A stretch of DNA of 62,816 bases from Oscillospiraceae bacterium (GTDB lineage: Bacteria > Bacillota > Clostridia > Oscillospirales > Oscillospiraceae). The notes below the pieces were generated by a model. That model did not search any database, had not been told where the DNA came from, and worked only from the letters and a program-made list of their open reading frames with translations. Positions 19,900 to 28,963 of the stretch are shown here, piece by piece (positions within the stretch are counted from its first letter, which is position 1; the number at the start of each line of letters is the position of its first letter). The position numbers were made by a program, and so were the translations under genes. Location: contig CADCLH010000001.1 of the NCBI GenBank assembly GCA_902802215.1, positions 17,327 to 80,142 of the forward strand, read 5' to 3'.

Positions 19900-20985
19900 A
19901 TGAACTTCCTGTTCGTCTGCGGCGGTACCGCCGGACATATCAACCCCGCCCTCGCGGTCGCCGGACGGCTGCGGGAGCTGATGCCGGACGCGCGCTTCCT
20001 GTTCGTCGGCGTCAACGGCAAGATGGAAATGAAGCTCGTGCCCCGCGAGGGCTTCGAGATCCGCGGCCTGGATATGACCTACCTCAAGCGCGGCCACGAC
20101 CTCGAGGCGCTGACGCACAATCTGGACACCATGAAGAATGTGCTGCGCTCCCAGCGCGAGGCCAAGCGGATCATCCGGGAATTCCATCCGGACGCGGTGA
20201 TCGGAACGGGCGGCTACGTCTGCTTCCCCGTGCTCGAGGCCGCGCACGAGCTGCACATCCCGACGCTCGTCCACGAGAGCAACGCCGTGCCGGGACTGAC
20301 GACCAAGCTCCTTGCCGAGCGGGTCGACCGCGTGATGGTGGGCTTCGAGGAGAGCAGGAAGCACTACCGCCACAGCGAGCGCGTGCAGACCACCGGCACC
20401 CCGGTCCGCGGCGAGTTCGACCGCATCACGCGCGAGGACGCCCGGCGGGAGCTGGGACTGGGACCGGACGAGAAGCTTGTGGTCTCGGTCTGGGGCTCTT
20501 TGGGCGCGGGCCACATGAACGCCGTGATGAGCGAGCTGATCCCGATGCTCGACGGCAGGCAGGGCTTTCGCATGATCCACGCGGCGGGGAGCCTCTACTT
20601 CCGCGAACTGAGTGAGAAGCTGGAGGCGCTCGCTCCGGACCACGGGAAAAACGGGGTGGAGGTCCGAGAGTACATCTACGACATGCCGCGGCTGATGGCC
20701 GCCGCCGATCTGATCCTCTGCCGCGCGGGCGCGTCGACCATTTCGGAGCTGTGCTATCTGGGCAGGAACAACCATCAGGAGAAAAACGCGCGGGTCCTCG
20801 AGGCCGCCGGCGGCGCGGAGGTCCTGCTCGAGGGCGAGTTCGACGCCCGCTCACTGCTGGAGCGGGTCAAGGCGCTGCTCGAAGACAGCGAAAAGCTCGA
20901 GAGCATGCAGCGGGCCATGCGCGCCCTGTCGGTCCGCGACGCGACGGACCGGATCGTCGAGACCATCCTGGGTCTCTGCAAATAA
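19900..20985 (+). CDS. murG: UDP-GlcNAc:lipid I GlcNAc transferase MurG (appears to lack ~11 conserved residues)
   Basis: [13 protein letters not shown] G-loop, [19 protein letters not shown]. The segment normally between ...LG and NNHQ (KPxILIPxPxV-like) is missing at about nt 20765. Confidence 0.85.
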   Translation: [361 protein letters not shown]

Positions 20986-21043
20986 CAAAACAACAGCCCC
21001 CCGCATACGATGGATTGATTTGAACATGCGGGGGGCTATTTCT

Positions 21044-22300
21044 ATGGATTTTTGGACCGTCCGTGGCGGGAAAAAGCTGTACGGCGCCTGTCGGGTACAG
21101 GGCTCGAAAAACGCCTCGCTCCCGATCCTGGCCGCTTCTGTCCTTGCCGGGGGCGAGACGGAGCTGACAAACGTGCCGCGCCTGCGCGACATCGACGCCG
21201 CGCTGCGTATCCTGCGCCATCTCGGGTGCAGGGCGGAGCAGGAGGGGAACCGCCTGTACATAGACGCCCGCGGCCTGGTTCACAGCAGCGTCCCCGAAAG
21301 CCTGATGCACGAAATGCGCTCGTCCGTCATTTTTATGGGGGCGCTGCTCGCCCGCTGCGGGGAGGTCAGACTCAGCCCGCCGGGCGGCTGCCGGCTGGGA
21401 AAGCGCCCCATCGACCTGCATCTGAAAGCGCTGCGTCAGCTCGGCGCCGAGGTGGAGGAGAAGGACGGCGAGATCCTGTGCCGCGCGGCAAAGCTTCGCG
21501 GAACAACGATACGCCTCCCTTTTCCGAGCGTCGGCGCGACGGAAAACGCCATGCTGGCCGCCTGCGCGGCGGAGGGCGAGACCGTGATCGAGGGGGCCGC
21601 GCGCGAGCCGGAGATCGGAGCGCTGCAAGACTATCTCAACAGGATGGGCGGCAGCGTCCGCGGAGCGGGGACCGGGCGCATCGTCGTCTCGCCCGGACGC
21701 CCGGGCGGCCCCGTCCGCTTTGCGGTCCAGCCGGACCGGATCGCCGCGGCGACGCTCGCCTGCGCCTGCGCGGCCGCCGGGGGCGAGGTCGAGCTGACGG
21801 ACGCGGAGCCTGCGCATTTTTCTACCGTTCTCCACTTCCTAAAAGACGCGGGCTGTGATATAATAACAAAACAGCGCTGCCTGACCGTCCGCTCGGACGG
21901 GCGGCTGCGCGCGGTCGGCCCGATCACGACCGAGCCCTATCCCGGCTTTCCGACGGACGCGCAGCCGGTGCTGATGGCGGCGCTGCTCCGGGCGGAGGGC
22001 GTGACCCGAATCCGGGAAACCATCTTTGAAAACCGCTTCCGCCAGGTCCCGGAGCTCAGAAAGCTCGGCGCGGACATCCGGCTCGACGGTCAGAACGCCG
22101 AGATCCGGGGCGTTGCGCGTCTGCACGGCGCGGCGCTCGAGGCAACGGATCTGCGCGGCGGCGCCGCGATGCTCGTGGCCGGTCTCGCCGCGGAGGGGGA
22201 GACCCGCATCCGCGACGAGGGACATATCGCGCGCGGGTATGAGCGCTTCGACCGGGTGCTCTCCGCCCTCGGAGCGGAGGTCCGGCGCACAGACAGCTGA
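21044..22300 (+). CDS. murA: UDP-N-acetylglucosamine 1-carboxyvinyltransferase
   Basis: VQGSKNASLPILAA, active-site PGGCRLGKRPIDLH, PGFPTDAQP. ATG 21044 chosen because nt 20995-21036 form a hairpin that the longer ORF would include. Confidence 0.9.
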   Translation: MDFWTVRGGKKLYGACRVQGSKNASLPILAASVLAGGETELTNVPRLRDIDAALRILRHLGCRAEQEGNRLYIDARGLVHSSVPESLMHEMRSSVIFMGALLARCGEVRLSPPGGCRLGKRPIDLHLKALRQLGAEVEEKDGEILCRAAKLRGTTIRLPFPSVGATENAMLAACAAEGETVIEGAAREPEIGALQDYLNRMGGSVRGAGTGRIVVSPGRPGGPVRFAVQPDRIAAATLACACAAAGGEVELTDAEPAHFSTVLHFLKDAGCDIITKQRCLTVRSDGRLRAVGPITTEPYPGFPTDAQPVLMAALLRAEGVTRIRETIFENRFRQVPELRKLGADIRLDGQNAEIRGVARLHGAALEATDLRGGAAMLVAGLAAEGETRIRDEGHIARGYERFDRVLSALGAEVRRTDS

Positions 22301-22312
22301 GAGGAAACCGAT

Positions 22313-23095
22313 ATGGCACGAAAGATCCCCTTACGAAAACCGAATACCGACGACGAGCAGCGCTTTCATCTGCGGGAGCTGCTGAGCACCCTGAGCGGTC
22401 CGATCATGTTCTTCCTCGTCGTCGTGGCCGTCATCTTCGTGATGAGCGTGTTCTTCCGGGTATCCGACATTCAGGTGCGGGGGAACAGCCACTACAGCGA
22501 CGAGGAGATCATCCGCGCCATCGATATCGAGGAGGGCGACAACCTCTTCTTCTTCGACCGCTTCGCCGCGCTCAGCCGCGTCTTCGCAAAGCTCCCGTAT
22601 ATCGACGAGGTCTCGGTCGAGCGCAGCCTGCCGAACAAGGTCATCATCACGGTCTCCGAAAGCCAGGCGCTCGCCTACATCGTGCTGGGCGAGGAGAAGT
22701 GGACCATCGACCACAGCTGCAAGGTGCTCGGCAAGGCCAACGACGACGAGCTCCAGGGCCTGATCCCCATCGACGGCATCTCCCCGGGCACCCTGATGAT
22801 CGGAGAGCCGCTGGAGACCGCGGACGGCGACGAGACCATCGTCGCCTACATCGCGGAGGTGCTCTATCAGCTCGAGGAGCGCGGCCTGTACAGGCAGGTC
22901 GGGCGCGTCGATTTCTCCAATCCGCGCCGCGTCACCTTCACCTACGCGGACAAATATACGGTCGTGCTCGGGGACTCCTCGAACGTGGAATACAAATTCG
23001 GTATGCTTGTGTCCGCCATGTCGCAATTATTGGACGGAGATGTGGGAATAATCAATGTGAGCGACGGAAACACCGCACATTTCAGCCCGAACTGA
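22313..23095 (+). CDS. ftsQ: Cell division protein FtsQ/DivIB
   Basis: Single TM, then a POTRA domain (IQVRGNSHYSDEEIIRAIDIEEGDNLFFFD) and an FtsQ-type beta domain. Confidence 0.85.
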   Translation: MARKIPLRKPNTDDEQRFHLRELLSTLSGPIMFFLVVVAVIFVMSVFFRVSDIQVRGNSHYSDEEIIRAIDIEEGDNLFFFDRFAALSRVFAKLPYIDEVSVERSLPNKVIITVSESQALAYIVLGEEKWTIDHSCKVLGKANDDELQGLIPIDGISPGTLMIGEPLETADGDETIVAYIAEVLYQLEERGLYRQVGRVDFSNPRRVTFTYADKYTVVLGDSSNVEYKFGMLVSAMSQLLDGDVGIINVSDGNTAHFSPN

Positions 23096-23146
23096 GCGAT
23101 AGTTACAAAACGTTTACAAAAGTTTTCCGGAAAATGAAAAAAACCC

Positions 23147-23175
23147 TTGACTCCGGAGAGGATCTGTAATAAAAT
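23147..23175 (+). promoter_or_regulatory. ftsZ promoter
   Basis: TTGACT (23147-23152), 17 nt spacer, TAAAAT (23170-23175). Confidence 0.6.
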
Positions 23176-23241
23176 ACGGACTGTAGAGAAATTGAAATGT
23201 TTTGTAACGCATGCGTTATCAATAGATGGGAGGCACAAGCT

Positions 23242-24441
23242 ATGGATTTCAAAGCCGACGGTCCGGAGAATGTTGTCAGTATCAAGGTCATCGGTATTGG
23301 CGGCGCGGGCAACAATGTTGTCAACAGAATGGTCAAGGCCGGTACGCAGGGCGTTGAGTTTATTGCCGTCAACACGGACAAGCAGGCGCTTGCCGTTTCC
23401 AATGCCGATCAGAAGCTGCAGATCGGCGAGAAGATCACCAAGGGCCAGGGCGCCGGTTCCGATCCCGAGGTCGGCAAGCGCGCCGCCGAGGAGAGCCGCA
23501 ACAATATCGCGAAGATCCTTGAAAACGCCGATATGGCCTTTATCACCGCCGGTATGGGCGGCGGCACCGGCACGGGCGCCGCTCCGATCGTCGCGGAGAT
23601 CGCGCGCGACGCGGGTCTGCTGACCGTCGGCGTCGTGACCAAGCCCTTCAAGTTTGAGGGCAAACGCCGCATGGATCAGGCCAACGCCGGCATCAAGGAG
23701 CTGCTCGGCCGCGTCGACTCCCTGCTCATCATCCCTAACGACCGGCTGAAATTCGCCACCGACCAGAAGGTCACGCTGGCCAACGCCTTTGAGATCGCGG
23801 ACGACGTGCTGCTTCAGGCCGTGACCAGCATCTCCGATCTGATTAAGAACACCGGCTTCATCAACCTGGACTTCGCCGACGTCTCCTGCATCATGAAGGA
23901 CGCGGGCTTCGCCCACATGGGCGTCGGCCACGCCGCCGGCAAGGGCAAGGCCGAGGAGGCCGCCCGCATGGCGGTTGCCAGCCCCCTCATGGAGACCTCC
24001 ATCAACGGCGCAAGAGGCGTGCTCATCAACATCACCGGCTCCGAGGACATGGACCTGGAGGATGTCGAGACCGCCGCGAGCCTCGTACAGGAGGCCGCGC
24101 ATCCCGAGGCCAACATCATCTTCGGCGCGAGCTTCGACGAGAATCTGGACGACGAGATCCGCGTGACGGTGATCGCGACCGGCTTCGAGCAGCCAGGCCC
24201 CGCCGCGGAGGAAAGACCCGCCGCAGCCGCCGCTCCCGCGCCGGCCTTCACGCCCGTCCGTCCCGCGCCCGCTCCCGCGCGCGAGAGACCCCAGGGACTG
24301 TTTACCGGCGCAGCCGAAAAGGCAGCCGCCGCGGCCCCCGTTCAGCCCGCCGTACAGCCTGCCGCGCAGGAGGCCCCGAAGGCCCCCGCCGCGGAGGAGG
24401 ACCCCTTCGACAGCATCTTCAAGATCTTCAACAACAAGTGA
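23242..24441 (+). CDS. ftsZ: Cell division GTPase FtsZ
   Basis: GIGGAGNNVVNRM, tubulin signature GGGTGTGAAP, NDRL. Pro/Ala-rich linker and C-terminal DPFDSIFKIF peptide. GGGAGG SD before ATG 23242. Confidence 0.95.
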   Translation: MDFKADGPENVVSIKVIGIGGAGNNVVNRMVKAGTQGVEFIAVNTDKQALAVSNADQKLQIGEKITKGQGAGSDPEVGKRAAEESRNNIAKILENADMAFITAGMGGGTGTGAAPIVAEIARDAGLLTVGVVTKPFKFEGKRRMDQANAGIKELLGRVDSLLIIPNDRLKFATDQKVTLANAFEIADDVLLQAVTSISDLIKNTGFINLDFADVSCIMKDAGFAHMGVGHAAGKGKAEEAARMAVASPLMETSINGARGVLINITGSEDMDLEDVETAASLVQEAAHPEANIIFGASFDENLDDEIRVTVIATGFEQPGPAAEERPAAAAAPAPAFTPVRPAPAPARERPQGLFTGAAEKAAAAAPVQPAVQPAAQEAPKAPAAEEDPFDSIFKIFNNK

Positions 24442-24455
24442 TATCCTTATAACTC

Positions 24456-24722
24456 GACCGGCAGGGCAAACGCCCTGCCGGTCTTCAGCTTGTCAAAAAA
24501 GTCCTGTATGGACTTTTTTGACTGCGCTTCAGCCGCCGAGCATTTTGCCGCAGGCAAAATGCTTTGATCTGAAAAGCTTGAAAAATCAAGCTTTTCAGAC
24601 GGCGGTTTATCCAACTCGAGGCGGGCCTTGCCCCCTCGAGCTCCCCTGCGGCTCTGTCATCCAGCCTTTACGCATCGCTTTTTGATAGTCTCCTGACCGG
24701 CAGGGCAAACGCCCTGCCGGTC
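24456..24722 (+). repeat. Block of six consecutive stem-loops; first and last are an identical 28-nt hairpin
   Basis: GACCGGCAGGGCAAACGCCCTGCCGGTC occurs at 24456-24483 and 24695-24722. Other hairpins at 24492-24522, 24540-24562, 24569-24598 and 24615-24640. Confidence 0.8.
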
Positions 24723-24746
24723 AGACTGTTCGGGGAAAGAAAGCGC

Positions 24747-24775
24747 TTGTTTTTTCGTTCTCTCCGCGCTATACT
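24747..24775 (+). promoter_or_regulatory. Promoter of yihY-like gene
   Basis: TTGTTT (24747-24752), 17 nt spacer, TATACT (24770-24775). Confidence 0.45.
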
Positions 24776-24827
24776 GAAATCAGCCCTCCCGTCCGGAGGG
24801 CCGTTTTGCAGAAAGGGGAGTCCGCGG

Positions 24828-25655
24828 ATGAAAAAGCTGCTGGATTTTGCCAGACGTTTTACCCTGCTGTACAACGAAAACCGTCTTCCGATGGCTGCCG
24901 CCGCGCTGTCCTATTACCTGACCATGACCTTTTTCCCGCTGGTCATCGTGCTCTACACCATGCTGGGCAACAACTATGTCAAGGCCATGCGCGTGCTCGC
25001 CTTTGCCGAGCAGTTTCTGGCCGCCGAGACCGCCGCCGCGATCCGGGATTTTCTGGTCTACGTCGCGACCGACCGCAGCTCCGCCATGCTGATCGCCGGA
25101 ATTACGGTGCTTTTGACCTCGGCCTCCGCCGCGGTGCGCGCCATCCACTATACGATCGGCAGAATGCAGGGCGGCGTACACTATCGGGGCGTCTGGGGCC
25201 TCCTGTTCAGCCTCGTGTGTTCCCTGATCCTCGTGGCGGGCCTCTATCTCGTGATGATCATCATGCTCGCCGGGAGAGGCCTCTTTGACCGGCTGCACGA
25301 GATCATCCCCGCCATCGACCTCGGCGGGACCTGGAATACGATCCGCTTCCTCCTGCTCGCCGCGATCGAATACCTGCTGTTCTGGGGCATCTACCTGGTG
25401 TCGTGCAAAAAAGGGGAGGCCTACGACACCTTTCCCGGCGCGATCCTCGCCACGCTCGCCATGGTCGCGGTGAGCTACGTCTTCTCGGCGTTCATCGGCG
25501 CCTCGGTCAAGTACCCGATGGTCTACGGCTCGCTGGCCTCGCTGATCCTGCTGATGATGTGGCTCTACTTTTGCAGCCTGGTCATCTACTGCGGCGCGGC
25601 GTTCAACATCGTGCTGCGTGATATGAAGCGGGAAAAGAGCCTGTGTCTTACGTAA
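24828..25655 (+). CDS. YihY/BrkB (ribonuclease BN-like) family membrane protein
   Basis: AAALSYYLTMTFFPLVIVL..., six hydrophobic segments, C-terminal LMMWLYFCSLVIYCGAAFN typical of the family. AAAGGGGA SD before ATG 24828. Confidence 0.75.
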   Translation: MKKLLDFARRFTLLYNENRLPMAAAALSYYLTMTFFPLVIVLYTMLGNNYVKAMRVLAFAEQFLAAETAAAIRDFLVYVATDRSSAMLIAGITVLLTSASAAVRAIHYTIGRMQGGVHYRGVWGLLFSLVCSLILVAGLYLVMIIMLAGRGLFDRLHEIIPAIDLGGTWNTIRFLLLAAIEYLLFWGIYLVSCKKGEAYDTFPGAILATLAMVAVSYVFSAFIGASVKYPMVYGSLASLILLMMWLYFCSLVIYCGAAFNIVLRDMKREKSLCLT

Positions 25656-25695
25656 ACAATAATATGTTAATTAAACTATGTAAATAGAATTATGT

Positions 25696-25741
25696 AAACA
25701 AATCATCCCCGGTCTGTACGGACCGGGGATGATTTGTTTGC
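25696..25741. terminator. Bidirectional terminator
   Basis: CAAATCATCCCCGGTC / GACCGGGGATGATTTG 16-bp stem flanked by A-rich and T-rich runs, between convergent genes. Confidence 0.8.
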
Positions 25742-25750
25742 GCGGATTCT

Positions 25751-26224
25751 TCAAGAGAGGGTCAGCGCCTCGCCGTTCAGGACCGCCCGCGTCAGGCTGT
25801 CGCCCGTATAGCAGAGCTTGAGGGAGAAGAAGGGAACGTCCGTATCCAGCAGGCGCAGGAAAATGCGGTCGCCCTCCCAGATGGGGAGGGTCAGCAGACG
25901 CGTTTTGTCCACCCATTCGAGCACGCCCTCGTCGCAGTCCCTGAGCGCGCCCGAAAAGTCCGCGCTGTGGAACAGGTGCATGTACTCCGTGCCCCACTCG
26001 TCCGAGACGAAGGTGACGATCCCGCGGTAGGACCAGCTGCGCATCGTCAGGCCGGTCTCCTCGCGCACCTCGCGAACGGCGCAGTCCTCGGGGCTCTCGC
26101 CCGGCTCGAACTTGCCGCCGATGCCGACCCACTTGTCGCGGTTTTCGTCGTTGTCCTTGCGGACGCGGTGGAGCATCAGGTAGCAGCCGTCCTTTTCCAG
26201 ATGGACAAGGCTGGTGTTGCGCAT
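25751..26224 (-). CDS. NUDIX hydrolase (MutT-like)
   Basis: Nudix box GGKFEPGESPEDCAVREVREETGL. Confidence 0.85.
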   Translation of the reverse strand: MRNTSLVHLEKDGCYLMLHRVRKDNDENRDKWVGIGGKFEPGESPEDCAVREVREETGLTMRSWSYRGIVTFVSDEWGTEYMHLFHSADFSGALRDCDEGVLEWVDKTRLLTLPIWEGDRIFLRLLDTDVPFFSLKLCYTGDSLTRAVLNGEALTLS

Positions 26225-26225
26225 C

Positions 26226-27242
26226 TTACAGGCGGACCTTGTCGCGGGTGATGTCCTTCAGCGTCGCCGCGCCGCACATGGTCATGGTGGATTTGAGCTC
26301 GCCCACGATCTTGTCCATATAGACCTTGAAGCCCTCCTCGCCCGCGGCGTAGATCATCGGCAGGATGGGGCGGCCGATCAGCACGCCGTCCGCGCCGAGC
26401 GCCAGCGCGCGGAACACGTCCACGCCCGACCGGATGCCGCCGTCGACGAGGATCACGGTCTTGCCCTTGACAGCGTCCGCGATCTCGGGCAGGACCTCCG
26501 CCGTGGAGGCCACGCCGCCCTGCACGCGCCCGCCGTGGTTGGAGACCACGATGCCCGCGGCCCCGGCCTCGACGGCCTTCTCCGCGCCGCGCGCGGTCAT
26601 GATGCCCTTGACGATGAAGGGCATCTTCGCGTAGGCGGTGATCTCACTCATCTCCGCGACGGACTTGCTGCCCGCGTTGGGATTCATGGCCTTGAGGAAG
26701 GGCAGGCCCGCGCCGTCCACGTCCATGCCGGCGCAGAAGATCCCGGCCTCGTTCAAGACGTCGAGCTTGGCGAAGACGGCCTCCTTGTTCCAGGGCTTGA
26801 TGATCGGGCAGCCGACGCCGTCCACGGCCTTCATGTCCTCGGCCGAGCGGAGCATGATCTGGGGATCGACGCCGTCGCCGGTCAGAGCCATCAGGCCGTA
26901 GTCATAGCAGGCCTTGATCAGGATGCTGTTGTACTCGGGGTCCTTGTACTTGGGGCCGTAGTGGAGGTCGATCGCGCCGAGAGGGGCGGCGAAGATGGGG
27001 GCGGTGAAGGTCCGGCCGAACATCTCAAAGCGCACGTCGGGGTCGGCGTTGGAGCAGAGCGTGTCCATGTTGACGCAGATCTCCTGCCACTTGTCGAAGT
27101 TGCGCGCCGCGGCGTTGCCGGGGTACTTGCAGCCGGGACCGGGCATCAGGTTGCCGCAGGCCCTGCCGTTGCAGACGGGACAGGCTTTGCAGTAGGGGCC
27201 GACCTGGTCGCGGGCGGCCGCGAGGATCTCGTTATAGTTCAT
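26226..27242 (-). CDS. FMN-dependent alpha-hydroxy-acid oxidising enzyme family protein with N-terminal Cys cluster
   Basis: TIM-barrel FMN motifs (FIVKGI, GIVVSNHGGRV, LVDGGIRSGVDVFRALALGA). N-terminal CKACPVCNGRACGNLMPGPGC. Confidence 0.75.
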   Translation of the reverse strand: MNYNEILAAARDQVGPYCKACPVCNGRACGNLMPGPGCKYPGNAAARNFDKWQEICVNMDTLCSNADPDVRFEMFGRTFTAPIFAAPLGAIDLHYGPKYKDPEYNSILIKACYDYGLMALTGDGVDPQIMLRSAEDMKAVDGVGCPIIKPWNKEAVFAKLDVLNEAGIFCAGMDVDGAGLPFLKAMNPNAGSKSVAEMSEITAYAKMPFIVKGIMTARGAEKAVEAGAAGIVVSNHGGRVQGGVASTAEVLPEIADAVKGKTVILVDGGIRSGVDVFRALALGADGVLIGRPILPMIYAAGEEGFKVYMDKIVGELKSTMTMCGAATLKDITRDKVRL

Positions 27243-27326
27243 ATGAAAGACTCCTTTTTGATTTTATTTGTCTTTTGAATCATTATCCCGCAAAGAACGG
27301 ACCGTGTCAAGTGCGCGGCATTCTTT

Positions 27327-28208
27327 TCAAACGCCCGTCAGATCGAAATCCGGGATCATCTCCCCGGTGGCCGCCGCGCCCTCCTGCCAGAAGCCGCCCA
27401 GACCGCGCACGCGCAGGTAGTGGATCATGGCCTCGTTCTCCTCGCGGGTGATCCGCCGCCGCAGCTCGGGGAAGGCCTCCAGCCCCGGCATGGGCGTGTA
27501 CTGGCTCATCAGCGAGAACAGGACCGAGCCTTCAGGGAAGCTGTCGGCCGCAAAGTCGACGGCGTCGCGCGCGTCCTCAAGCCTGCCGGGCAGGATCAGG
27601 TGACGGATCAAAACGCCGCGGCGCAGAAGGCCGTTCTCGTCCAGCTCGACAGGGCCGGTCTGGCGGAACATTTCGCGGATGGCTTCGCGGGCGACTTCGG
27701 GATAATCTTCCGCGCCGCTGTACTTTTTCGCGGCATTCGGGTCAGAATACTTATAGTCGGGCATGTAGACCTGGACAAGCCCCTCGAGCTGACGCAGGGC
27801 CTCGACGCTCTCGTATCCGGAGCTGTTCCAGACCACCGGGATGCCGAGCGAGAGGCCGGAGAGCGCCTCGGCGATGGCGGGGACGAAGTGCGCGCCGGTC
27901 ACAAGGTCGATGCTGTCCACCCCCGTGTCGCGCAGGCGCAGCAGCAGAGCGCGCAGCTCCGGCGCACGGAGCGTCCTGCCGCCCTTGCCGCTCGAAATCG
28001 CCCGGTTCTGGCAATAGACGCAGCCGAGATTGCAGCCGGTGAAGAACACCGCGCCCGTGCCGTTCGGCCCCGCGATGCAGGGCTCCTCGCCGTAGTGCGA
28101 GGCGGCGCGCGCAACGCGCGGCAGCAGGGGAGAGCGGCAGAAACCGCCGGGCGTTTCGTCGCCGCGCGGGGCTCGGCAGCGGCGCGGACAGAGTGAACAA
28201 ATGCTCAA
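27327..28208 (-). CDS. Radical SAM protein, PflX / PFL-activase-like
   Basis: GCNLGCVYCQN (CxxxCxxC) plus an upstream Cys cluster CSLCPRRC...FC. GGGAGG SD 9 nt before TTG 28208 (the ORF track extends to TTG 28298). Confidence 0.75.
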   Translation of the reverse strand: MSICSLCPRRCRAPRGDETPGGFCRSPLLPRVARAASHYGEEPCIAGPNGTGAVFFTGCNLGCVYCQNRAISSGKGGRTLRAPELRALLLRLRDTGVDSIDLVTGAHFVPAIAEALSGLSLGIPVVWNSSGYESVEALRQLEGLVQVYMPDYKYSDPNAAKKYSGAEDYPEVAREAIREMFRQTGPVELDENGLLRRGVLIRHLILPGRLEDARDAVDFAADSFPEGSVLFSLMSQYTPMPGLEAFPELRRRITREENEAMIHYLRVRGLGGFWQEGAAATGEMIPDFDLTGV

Positions 28209-28419
28209 CGTATCGAGCCTCCCGTTCAAAATAGGCAAAATGACAAGAATAGGCCGCTTTGCACCACCGATTATAGCCCGATTTTGTATAGTTTGCAAGA
28301 AGATTGAAAAAAGAAAAAATAGTGCATGATTTTTTTGGTTTTTGTGCTAAAATGATACAGAAATAAGGGGGAGAGGTAATGGTTTTCCCGTGACTCTGCC
28401 CAAACGGACCGGAGGCGGA

Positions 28420-28917
28420 ATGCTCAATATCGTACTTGTGGAGCCCGAAATCCCGCACAACACCGGGGCCATCGCGCGCACCTGCGCGGCCACGGGGGCG
28501 AGGCTCCATCTGATCAAGCCCCTGGGCTTCGATATCTCCGACAAAGCGGTCAAGCGCTGCGGCCTCGATTACTGGCATCTGGTGGATATCTCCGTCTATG
28601 AGAATCTGGACGAGTTCTTTGACCGTAACGGGGACGACGGGCTGTGGCTCGCTACCACCAAGGCGCCGCGCGCCTACCACGAGGCGGACTTCAGCGGCGA
28701 CGTGACGCTCATGTTCGGCAAGGAGACCGCCGGACTTCCGGAGTGGCTGCGGGAGAAATACCGCGACCGATGCATCCGCATCCCGATGATCTCTGAGGCG
28801 CGCAGCCTCAACCTCTCCAACTCCGTCGCCGTGCTCGCCTACGAGGCGCTGCGGCAGCAGGGCTTTCCCGGTCTGCTGGAGACCGGCTCGATGGGAGATC
28901 CTTCCTGTCACGTCTGA
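28420..28917 (+). CDS. trmL: tRNA (cytidine/uridine34-2'-O)-methyltransferase TrmL (SpoU family)
   Basis: [37 protein letters not shown]..., [28 protein letters not shown] before ATG 28420. Confidence 0.85.
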   Translation: MLNIVLVEPEIPHNTGAIARTCAATGARLHLIKPLGFDISDKAVKRCGLDYWHLVDISVYENLDEFFDRNGDDGLWLATTKAPRAYHEADFSGDVTLMFGKETAGLPEWLREKYRDRCIRIPMISEARSLNLSNSVAVLAYEALRQQGFPGLLETGSMGDPSCHV

Positions 28918-28963
28918 CGGGAATGACAATAAATCATCCGAATACTTTTTAGGAGGATACCTC

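Noticed and set aside
17514-20021. 835-aa ORF antisense to mraY/ftsW, and similar long antisense ORFs at 13739-15031, 16169-17695 and 22942-24102
   Set aside because: Same reasoning: these are stop-codon-poor antisense frames of GC-rich genes. They show no motifs and no translation signals.
20995-21036. Extended murA start (TTG 21020) from the ORF track
   Set aside because: The extra codons fall inside a GCCCCCCGCAT...ATGCGGGGGGC hairpin that looks like the murG terminator or attenuator. The conserved MurA N-terminus starts at ATG 21044.
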